A stretch of DNA of 61,343 nucleotides, filler included, from Pirum gemmata (Eukaryota): assembly GCA_002812295.1 (NCBI GenBank). It is 16 parts of 16 records of this genome, joined end to end, with 100 filler letters (N's around TTAATTAATTAA, not from the genome) between each part and the next. Parts side by side here need not be neighbours in the genome. Positions count along the whole stretch, not along the records: positions 49,714 to 53,059 come from PDIN01002815.1; positions 53,160 to 57,266 come from PDIN01002816.1; positions 57,367 to 61,343 come from PDIN01002817.1; 13 more parts are not named here. One strand, given 5' to 3'. Both the position numbers and the translations under genes were made by a program. Under the pieces are notes generated by a model. It ran no database searches and was not told the DNA's origin. It worked only from the letters and a program-made list of their open reading frames with translations. Shown here one piece after another: positions 51,880 to 61,343 of the stretch (position 1 is the stretch's first letter; the number at the start of each line of letters is the position of its first letter).

Positions 51880-52700
51880 AAAACCGCAGCCCAAAAGCCT
51901 TTTTTAAAAAAATAGCTACGCCTTTAATTAATTCTCGGTAATCAGTTATAAAAAAGTCAGCTAAAAAATGACTAAAACATTGTTTGTATTTTGTCTTTTT
52001 TTGATTTCGTTGCGAAAAAATTTACAATAAGATTTTTTAGGAAAGGTGGCCCGAAAGCCTTTTTTTAAAACATAGCTACGCCTTTAATTAATTCTCGGTC
52101 ACCGTAACAAAAAAGTCAGCTAAAAAATAACTAACAATTTTTATATTTTGTCTTTTTTAGATTTCGTTGCGAAAATGAGCATGTTTTTTTTTATTTTTTT
52201 TATATGATTTTTTAGGAAAGGTGGCCCGAAAGCCTTTTTTTAAAACATAGCTAGCCTTTAATTAATTCTCGGTCACCGTAATAAAAAAGTCAGCTAAAAA
52301 ATAACTTTTAACAATTTTTATATTTTGTCTTTTTTAGATTTCGTTGCGAAAATGAGCATGTTTTTTTTTTTTTTTTTTTTTATGATTTTTTTGGAAAGGT
52401 GGCCCGAAATCCTTTTTTTTTTTTTTATGATTTTTTAGGAAAGGTGGCCCGAAAGCCTTTTTTTTAAACATAGCTAGCCTTTAATTAATTCTTGGTCACC
52501 GTAATAAAAAAGTCAGCTAAAAAATAACTAACAATTTTTATTTTTGTCTTTTTTAGATTTCGTTGCGAAAATGAGCATGGTTTTTTTTTTCTTTTTTTTT
52601 ATTTACAATATGATTATTTTTTAGGAAAGGTGGCCCGAAAGCCTTTTTTTAAACAACTACGCCTTTAATTAATTCTCGGTCATCAGTAATAAAAAATTTT
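51880..52700. repeat. Tandem satellite, ~175-185-bp monomer, 4-5 copies
   Basis: Repeating GGAAAGGTGGCCCGAAAGCC...TTAATTAATTCTCGGTCACCGTAA...GATTTCGTTGCGAAAATGAGCATG. Confidence 0.9.
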
Positions 52701-53159
52701 TTTTTACTCCGACTTAAAAAATTCGCAAGGGTGGTGAAAATTTTCCAGAATATTATAATTACACCTCTTTGATATACAAATAAATTAATAAAAAAATGAC
52801 TCTGAGATAGTCAAGACTTAAAACCTTATTTATTGACTAAAAGTCTAAACATGATTAATAAAAAGAATTTAAGGCAAAGAAACTCTTACTTTCTATGAGC
52901 AAGCCCTGACTTTTTCTCTTTTAGTTTTTTTTTTCTTATAAATATTTTTTCATCCTTTAAAAATTTTCAAAATAATATAATATCAGACAAGTTTGTTTTT
53001 TATTATTTATAATTATAATTGTAATTATGATTATGATTATCACGATTGTTATAATAATANNNNNNNNNNNNNNNNNNNNNNNNNNNNNNNNNNNNNNNNN
53101 NNNTTAATTAATTAANNNNNNNNNNNNNNNNNNNNNNNNNNNNNNNNNNNNNNNNNNNN

Positions 53160-53232
53160 CCAACTACATAAAAGACTAGATCCACATTGGCTCGATAAAG
53201 TATTGTCATACCATTAAAAGTCATTATTTCCG
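53160..53232 (-). CDS. COPZ: Coatomer subunit zeta, internal exon (cut by contig end)
   Basis: CTACAG acceptor, then EIMTFNGMTILYRANVDLVFYVVG, matching zeta-COP EI....GLT.VY+S.VDL.FYV.G. Confidence 0.82.
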
Positions 53233-54125
53233 CTGTAGAAATTTGATGTATAACAAAAAACAAAACACAAAACACAAAACACAAAACACAAAACACAAAA
53301 CACAAAACACAAAACACAAAACACAAAAAACACAAAACACAAAACACAAAACACAAAACATAAAACACAAAAAAAAAAAACAGAAAAACAACAACAAAAC
53401 AACAACAAAAAGTAAAACACAAAACAAATAATAACATTAAAAAAGAAAAAAGAAAAAAGAAAATTAATTGAAATTAGGATCCTTAATCCTTAAATCCTTA
53501 ACTATAAACACTTTGAACAACAATCAAATTATCTATCACTAAAACTACAAAAAACGTAAATAAAACTATCCTATAGGCAACTCAAACAGATACCCTCGAT
53601 TTATCAATTATCATTTATTCACAATTAGCCAATCAGGTTTTAAATTATGAAATAATGATTGATTCATCAACACCCTTAATACATAATTGGTAATAATAAC
53701 TAGAAAGAGGATATCTCTTCTTTGAAAATAATTTATACTGTTACTATTATCTATTACTATCACTATCACTATTACTATTACTATTACTATTACTAATGCT
53801 ATTACTATTACTATTGCTATTACTATTACTATTACTATTACTATTACTATTGCTATTGGTTTTTTGGTTGTTTGGTTGTTTGGTTGTTTGGTTGTTTGGT
53901 TGTTTGGTTGTTTGGTTGNNNNNNNNNNNNNNNNNNNNAAAAGTGAAAAAACAAAACAAAACAAAACAAAAAAAAGCTAAAAATAATTATAATAAAATAA
54001 TAATAATAAAAAATAAAACAATATTTTAATTAAAAATAATAATAATAATAATAATAATAAAAAATAAAACAATATTTTAACTAAAAATAATAATAATAAT
54101 AATAATAATATATAATAATTAAAAA

Positions 54126-54929
54126 ATGATTTCAATTACCACTATAGTTCTTGTTGCTGCTTTAACTACTTATACACACGCTTCTTCTCACTATGACCAT
54201 AATAACAACAAATGCCCACCAAAACCTTCGGAACCAACTTTGATCGGAAAATTTGATAATAAATTTTCTCAGGGTATAGTAAGGGTGTTGCCGCAGAAAT
54301 ATGGAACCAGTATTATAGAGACGCGCTTAAAAGTAAATCCATTCGATGATATTTTCACAGAGGAATGTCGCTTTAGTGACAAGCGCGGTAACAAATTCTT
54401 AAAGCTAAACTGGCATTATCACGTCAAACCTCCAATGAGTCGGTTGTTAGGGAAAGGTGGGGTTTCGGAACAGTGTAGTGGTAGTATTACAGGTGGTCAT
54501 TATGATCCAACTTTAGCCTGCGGTCCGGCTACGGATGAAAGAGAGTCATGTGACCTTTTGAACCGCACTAACGCCGATTATAATTGCAATCCTGAGTCTT
54601 TTAATAAAGACCAATTTGCTTGTGAGGTGGGGGATTTATCGGGAAAATTTGGGCAATTTGTTATTCCTTATACCGAACCGAAATTGTTTACACGTTATCA
54701 AGAAAAATGCATCAAGAACTTAAAAGAAGATGGTTACGACTACAAAACTAAAGCGTGGTGTAAATTTTATGAAAAAACTATTTTATCCAAAAGTCGCGCT
54801 GAAGGAAAAAGTAGAGATGTTGATATACATGCTGCCAGTAATAATTTACTTGATGGTCGTTCTGTTGTGTTTCATTGTGGGAGTCCAAGAATTTTGTGTG
54901 CTGAATTAGAAAAGACTAAAAAACATTAA
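54126..54929 (+). CDS. Secreted Cu-only (SOD5-like) superoxide dismutase
   Basis: Signal peptide; Cu ligands WHYH, GGHYDP, SVVFH; CEVGDLSGKFG with Glu in place of a Zn-binding His; only CGSP between the last His and RILCA (no electrostatic loop). Confidence 0.88.
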   Translation: MISITTIVLVAALTTYTHASSHYDHNNNKCPPKPSEPTLIGKFDNKFSQGIVRVLPQKYGTSIIETRLKVNPFDDIFTEECRFSDKRGNKFLKLNWHYHVKPPMSRLLGKGGVSEQCSGSITGGHYDPTLACGPATDERESCDLLNRTNADYNCNPESFNKDQFACEVGDLSGKFGQFVIPYTEPKLFTRYQEKCIKNLKEDGYDYKTKAWCKFYEKTILSKSRAEGKSRDVDIHAASNNLLDGRSVVFHCGSPRILCAELEKTKKH

Positions 54930-55974
54930 TACTATTCATACTAGTATAATACTGATATTGCTTTAATAATTTAAAAAAACAAAAAAATTAAAAAAAAGAT
55001 AATATATAATACATTTATGACATTATAATAAAAAATTTAAAGATATTTGTTAAAAATAACTATTTATCATCAAAGTTATAATAATAATTGATTAAAAAAT
55101 TTACTTTTTTATTATTATTATTTTATTTATTAATATGTAGTTTTCGCACATCGTTCTCAGTTAAGTACCTCAGATGTATAGCGGGGTGTTTCTCATGATT
55201 ATAAAATTACTTTAATTTATATATTCTAATATTTCTTCCCCGGAACGATTGAGATTAAAATTTATACCTAACCAAGTTCTTGACCTAACTTATATATGAA
55301 AATGCTGATGAAAGCTTTTAATTAAGTAAAAGAATATTAATATTAGACCTATGTAGTTATTATTTCTTCTTTTTAATTAAAATTTCTTGTACAATAAAAA
55401 AATAAAAATTCATAATTATCATGTTATTTGTATAAATTATAAATAAATATTTTGATCTTGTAAATCGAGAACAAGGAGCGTTTGTTAGTTTGTTAGGGAA
55501 GGTTAATTAAGTTGATAATTAACAGGTAATAATAATTAATACTGTTTCTGCCAGCTCTTAACATCGGGGGGTTGCCAGCGTCCATGTCGCCTTTCTTTTT
55601 GTTTTTTGTTTAGAGTTAGGACCTAATTATATCCCTAACCCTAACCCTAACCCTAACCCTAACCCTAACCCTAACCCCAACGTTAACCCTAACCCTAACC
55701 CTAACCCTAACCCAACCGATTTTTTGTTTTTTGTTCAACTCAACTCCTCAGCGAAGAGGTCAAAACTAATTTATTGCCAATAAAGGGGTAACCCTAACCC
55801 TAAACCTAACAATAATTTTGGAAAAATTATATTTTTATAATTTTTTATAAAAATAATCCCACAACTTTCTGGTACTGAGAAAAAGATATAAAAGGGGCTC
55901 TACTCTCCAGAAAGTGAATAAAATCCTCAATGTTCGAATACTGTTTGTATTAAATACAGGTTTAATTAAATTAA

Positions 55975-56201
55975 AATCCAGCAGTTTTCTGAGAATCATG
56001 GTGTCGAATCCGTCCTCTTGTTTTTTTTGGAATATCCGGTAATACTTGCGTGTTGGTTGACTGTTGTCTTCCGTCTCTCACTATCAATATGATTTTCACC
56101 TTTTGTCTACTAATACAAGTATTGCCGGATATTATTATTAATAATAAAAAATAAACAAGAGGACGGGTTCGACACCATGATTCTCAGAAAACTGCTAGAT
56201 T
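55975..56201. mobile_element. Foldback MITE with TTAA target duplication (Kolobok-like RR..YY ends)
   Basis: TTAA|AATCCAGCAGTTTTCTGAGAATCATGGTGTCGAATCCGTCCTCTTG ... CAAGAGGACGGGTTCGACACCATGATTCTCAGAAAACTGCTAGATT|TTAA. Confidence 0.8.
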
Positions 56202-57412
56202 TTAAACCGTACAAACTATCCTAACCCTAACCCTATAGCTAATCATAACCCTTACCATAACGCGTTGTTAATCTCAACCCTAATCCCAACCCCAACCCCA
56301 ACTATAAAATTTTAAACCTAACCCTAAAACCCAACCCTAACCTTAAGCATATATCAATAAATTCGCCCAAAAGAAATTGTTCTTTGAAAAGTACCAACAT
56401 TATTATGATATGTATACAACTGTTAATTTAATTATATCATGGTTTTCAATAGTTATCCCCAAATCAAAAATTGAAATAAACGTACATCACATAGGGTTAG
56501 CACGGATGACATCATAATAATATTTTTATTTTTATTTTTTACCAACATTGATTCAGGTTGAGGAAAAGAGAATTTCCCCCTCAAAATTAAATTACTAATT
56601 ATTGGAAAAGTAAGAGTGGTTATAACGTTTCTTGATTACTCTCATACATCCAAAAAATGGTAATATTATATATGAGAGGAGGATTTACTTTTCCTCTACC
56701 TGAAGCGCGGTTAGCAAAAAAAAAAAAAAATTTTATTGTGACGTTATCCGTGCTAGGTCTACAACTTTAGTCCCCACGCCAATTATCATTATACTTTGCA
56801 TAATTAATTAAAAACTGAAATAAAACTATCGGGTATGTTTAATTGATGTTGTACTTAACAAAAAAGTTCAATGATAAACTTACACAGTACCAAATTAAAG
56901 ATTGAGAGGGCACGTGTAAGGAAAATACGATGCCAAAATTAAATAGTAAGGACAAATGAGTCATAAGCCATTAATATTGATCAAAACCACTTAATATTGT
57001 TTTAAAAGCTCGAGATAATTCGATTAATGCGGATGTAAATTAAATTATCTAATGGAAGAAGCCACCGCCGATGATAACGAAGACAACCACCACCACCACC
57101 ACCACAACAACAACAACAACAATGGTAATGTTAAAAACCGTTTTCAATCAGTATTGATGGAAATGTCAATTTCATTAACAATATCCCTGAATAATCACAA
57201 ATATTATTATTATTATTATCATTTATTATTATTTATTTATTATATTGCTATTATTATTATTATTATNNNNNNNNNNNNNNNNNNNNNNNNNNNNNNNNNN
57301 NNNNNNNNNNTTAATTAATTAANNNNNNNNNNNNNNNNNNNNNNNNNNNNNNNNNNNNNNNNNNNNATTATTATTGTTATTATTATCTTTATCATCATCA
57401 TTATCATCATCA

Positions 57413-57444
<32 letters not shown>

Positions 57445-57573
57445 TCGTGTGTGTGTGTGTGTGGATATTCCATCATTATTATGATTGCGTCATTGTTTCG
57501 TAGTCTGTCTATTTCATATATTCCGTCATTCTCATGATTAAGTCATTGTTTCATAGTCTATCTATAGTCAATT

Positions 57574-58017
57574 TCAACATAATGTGTTTCTGTCGTTCTT
57601 TGTGTATGTCATCGCGTAGAGTGTTGGAAATATGACTACCGATCTTGATCTTATCATTTGTTTTGTCTTGATGTTGACCAGTAGATATTCGTCGTCGGTC
57701 GAGTCTAGTGGTGTGCCCATTATGATGCATTCGATTGCTCGATAATTTGACTTAGGTTTTTTGTCACGAGGATCATGAGCCAATGCGCTGCAGCCTAATA
57801 TTAGACATCTGGTTATGTCACCAATTGTTTGACCTGTGCGCTTGCATAGCATCATTTCGGGAGTATTCTTGGGTACCGTTCGTAGCTCTACTCTCATATC
57901 AGGACTCATGGTGTTGTTATATAATTCTGTGCCTTGGTCAACTATTACTTGCTGTATGGGTTTGTTTATGTTAGGTATTATGGATTCAAGTTTATCGTGG
58001 GATAGGTGGCCGAACAT
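57574..58017 (-). pseudogene. Internally deleted Copia integrase fragment
   Basis: FGHLS (pre-integrase), VDQGTEL, TVPKNTP...RTGQTIGDITRCL, and the SH3-like GCSALAH...RAIECIIMG...MIRSRSVVIF. Confidence 0.85.
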
Positions 58018-58054
58018 GTAATGTTCGCATGGGATGCTTTGTTCTATGTCGTTN

Positions 58055-58092
<38 letters not shown>

Positions 58093-58247
58093 TTTGTTAT
58101 TATTATCATTATTATTATTATTATTATTATCATTATTATTATTATTATTATTACTATTATTATTATTATAATGGAGTTGTAAATGTACGTGTAATTATTC
58201 TACGCTGAACTATTCCTCCTGATTATTATTATACCGTTTATTTTTAG

Positions 58248-58380
58248 GTACAAGAGGTCATTGATATGCTCGGTCTTACCGTTTGTGCTGATGTTTTGGT
58301 AGGTGATGAGACTTTGCAAGGTATTTCTGGAGGCCAAGCTAAGCGTGTTAGTGCGGGAATGGAATTAATCACAAACCCAA
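58248..58380 (+). CDS. ABCG (White family) transporter exon, signature motif
   Basis: VQEVIDMLGLTVCADVLVGDETLQGISGGQAKRVSAGMELITNP; AG/GT boundaries. Confidence 0.93.
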
Positions 58381-58602
58381 GTACATTATCTATTACTATT
58401 TATAATCTTTAATATAGCTTTTTTTTTATTAATATTATAATTGGTATTGAATCATATCACTAGTATTAGTACCGGTACTAGTAGTATGGTTAAAAAGAGT
58501 ACAGGATTAATATCATTTTGATTATTATTTTCTGTTATCATTATCATTATTATCACTATGATCCTTATTATCATTCTTATCGCTCTTATCATTATCATTA
58601 TC

Positions 58603-58637
<35 letters not shown>

Positions 58638-58802
58638 CGTTATCACTATCACTATCATTATCATTACTGCCATTACTATGACTATTATCACTATTATCAG
58701 TGTTATCATAATGATCCTTTTCTATTATCATATCATCAATATTATTACCATTATTATATGTATTATAGGTTTATAATTATAATTTATCATTATTAAAAAA
58801 AG

Positions 58803-58953
58803 GTATTCTATTTCTTGATGAGCCGACATCAGGGTTGGATTCCCAAACTTCACTTGAATTTATTAAAGTCATCAAAACCCTTTGTGACACTGGTGTGACC
58901 GTAATCTGTACCATCCACCAACCTTCATCGGATGTATTTGCCCATTTTGACAG
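58803..58953 (+). CDS. ABCG transporter exon, Walker B and H-loop
   Basis: [15 protein letters not shown]...[17 protein letters not shown]; phase consistent with neighbouring exons. Confidence 0.95.
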
Positions 58954-59658
58954 GTTAAATTATGTTAAAATTAATATTACAAGTATCAAAATAATTACAA
59001 TGATGGTAGCATCAACAGTAATTAATATGACATGGACAATAACAATAACAAGAATAATAACAATAACAATAACAAGAATAATAACAATAACAATAACAAT
59101 AACAAAAACAATAACAATAACAATAACAATAACAATAACAATAACAATAACAATACCAATACCAATAACAATAACAATAAANNNNNNNNNNNNNNNNNNN
59201 NNNNNNNNNNNNNNNNNNNNNNNNNNNNNNNNNNNNNNNNNNNNNNNNNNNNNNNNNNNNNNNNNNNNNNNNNNNNNNNNNNNNNNNNNNNNNNNNNNNN
59301 NNNNNNNNNNNNNNNNNNNNNNNNNNNNNNNNNNNNNNNNNNNNNNNNNNNNNNNNNNNNNNNCATAAGCAGAAGCATAAGCATAAGAATAAGAATAAGA
59401 ATAAGAATAAGAATAAGAATAAGAATAAGAATAAGAATGTGGATATGGGTGTGAATAAGAATATGAATAATATGAATAAAAATAAGAATAAGAATAGGAA
59501 TAAAAATAACAATAACAACAATAACAACAATAACAACAATAATAATAACAACAACAATAATGATACTATAAGCAATGCTATAATAATAATGATTATAACG
59601 TTACTAATTATTATGGTACTAATTCAAATTATATTTTGTTATAATACATATCGAAAAG

Positions 59659-59777
59659 ACTGTTGTTACTTGTGACTGGAGAAGTGGTGTATCTTGGACC
59701 CTGTGAAAAAGCTCCTTTATATTTTATTGACAAAGGTTTTCCAATGCCCATTGATATGAATCCTGCTGACTTTTTAG
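59659..59777 (+). CDS. ABCG transporter exon
   Basis: LLLLVTGEVVYLGP...YFIDKGFPMPIDMNPADFL; phase consistent. Confidence 0.93.
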
Positions 59778-60044
59778 GTTATTATTATTATTTTGTATCA
59801 TTTGTTTTGCTAATTACTACTTATCCATTAGACTTTGGCTTTTTATTTGTGACTTGTACTTTTGGGTTTCTTACCGAATAAGTCCTTGTGAATAGTTACT
59901 GAAAGCTAAATATGGGCTGATATGGATCAATATGGATCGAAATGGATTGGTAGTATAAGTTGATATGGGTTGATATGGATCGATATGCCATCGATATAGG
60001 TTATATGGAGCGATATGGGTGGATATTTGTCGATATCTGTCGAC

Positions 60045-60450
60045 ATAATTGGGTTGGTCAGAACCATAATTGGGGCGGTCAGAACCATAATTGGGGCGGT
60101 CAGAACCTTAATTGGGGCGGTCAGAACCTTAATTGGGGCGGTCAGAATCATAATTGGGTATTCAGAACCATAATTGGGTATTCAGTACCATAATTGGGTA
60201 TTCAGAACCATAATTTAGGTCAGAACCATAATTGGTAATAACCATAATTGGGTAATAACCATAATTGGGTCATAACCCATAATTGGGGGTAATAACCATA
60301 ATTGGGTCATAACCATAATTGGGTCATAACCATAATTGGGTCATAACCATATTTGGGTCATAACCATAATTGGGTCATAACCATAATTGGGTCATAACCA
60401 CAATTGGGTCATAACCATAATTGGGTCATCCATAATTGGGTCATAACCAT
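60045..60450. repeat. Intronic minisatellite (21-bp GGTCAGAACCATAATTGGGGC shrinking to 17-bp GGTCATAACCATAATTG)
   Basis: Directly visible tandem units. Confidence 0.92.
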
Positions 60451-60937
60451 ATATATATATATATATATTGGGGGGGGCTAAGCAGGGTCAGAACCCTAAT
60501 TGGTATGGCCCGAACCATAATAGCTATATTCAGCTTTTGAGTATATTTAAGTCCTGTGTGGATTTTTATTGCCATAATTTTAAGTCATATTAGTGTGGGG
60601 TATTGTCGATATTTGTCGATATGGGTGGATATGGGTAGATATTTGTCGATATTTGTCTATATTTTCGATATTTTAGTTGATTTTTAGTAACAATGGGCAC
60701 AAGTAGCTAAATATTGAATACTGTTTTGGTAATATTACTTAGATTTTCATTGAATGCTATTACAAAACGTCGAATATAAGTTCGTTTTATTAAAAAAATA
60801 TTGAATATTCTGCATGTAAGTACACTATCTATTCAAATTCTGAATAGATTTAATTTAATTTAATTGTATTCATCAGAAAGATTCTTTGTATGATCATTTA
60901 CCTTATTTTATTATGTATTATTTTATTTTAAAACAAG

Positions 60938-60999
60938 TGAGCGTAACTAGTGGAACTAAACCTCAAATTGATCTTCCTGAAATCGAAGCCTGGCCTAAT
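60938..60999 (+). CDS. Probable next ABCG exon
   Basis: AAG acceptor, GTAAGT donor, phase-compatible VSVTSGTKPQIDLPEIEAWPN. Confidence 0.6.
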
Positions 61000-61343
61000 G
61001 TAAGTTGACCTATATAAAAACTGAAAAACCGAAAACTCATTATCCGTTTGATGATTTAATTCTTTATTGTTATTAAGTTGTTAATTATTTCATAGTTTAA
61101 CAGTAATGATAGGTTAATGTGGTTTTTGTAATATACTATTTCAATGTATCGATATTATTATGTGATGATAAAGTTATATGATAATACGAACAAGGGTTCA
61201 ATTTATCGATTGATTGATGTAAAAATATGATTCTATAGTTATATTTTGTACACAAATACCCTCACCCTCTCCCCCACGCTAACGCTACCGCTAACTCGGA
61301 CCCCCACCCCCCCGTAACCCGTAACCCGTAACCCGTAACCCGT

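Noticed and set aside
54126..54929. Non-standard genetic code
   Set aside because: Recognisable genes end at TAA or TGA and have no in-frame stops; stops occur only in decayed elements.
61300..61343. True chromosome end
   Set aside because: (CCCGTAA)n is a variant repeat in the wrong orientation for a right-hand telomere and lies just after an internal ABCG exon; the window simply stops here.

Overview
Very AT-rich, intron-containing eukaryotic (probably protist) genomic DNA. The window is not one locus. It is 16 small contigs/scaffolds (mostly about 3.3 kb) joined by 15 artificial 100-bp spacers (44 N + TTAATTAATTAA + 44 N), so neighbourhood across a spacer is meaningless. Host genes seen whole or in part: a secreted Cu-only superoxide dismutase, a CCX/NCLX cation/Ca2+ exchanger, an ABCG transporter, coatomer zeta, a plant-type phospholipid N-methyltransferase, a small LIM-like zinc-finger protein and an NPF-motif terminal exon. 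The rest is microsatellites, many interstitial TTAGGG arrays, roughly ten MITE/foldback families (including Harbinger-type with TTA target duplications) and fragments of Copia, Gypsy and LINE elements. The most notable observations are: a divergent, probably giant-virus-type RPB2 fragment inside a mosaic of short foreign pieces; a Copia-like Gag carrying CCCH rather than CCHC fingers; TTAGGG and TAGC-rich filler DNA at breakpoints; and a 3.25-kb telomeric-repeat-bounded contig whose two ends are identical (circle or tandem unit). All homology calls are from motif recognition by eye, not database searches.
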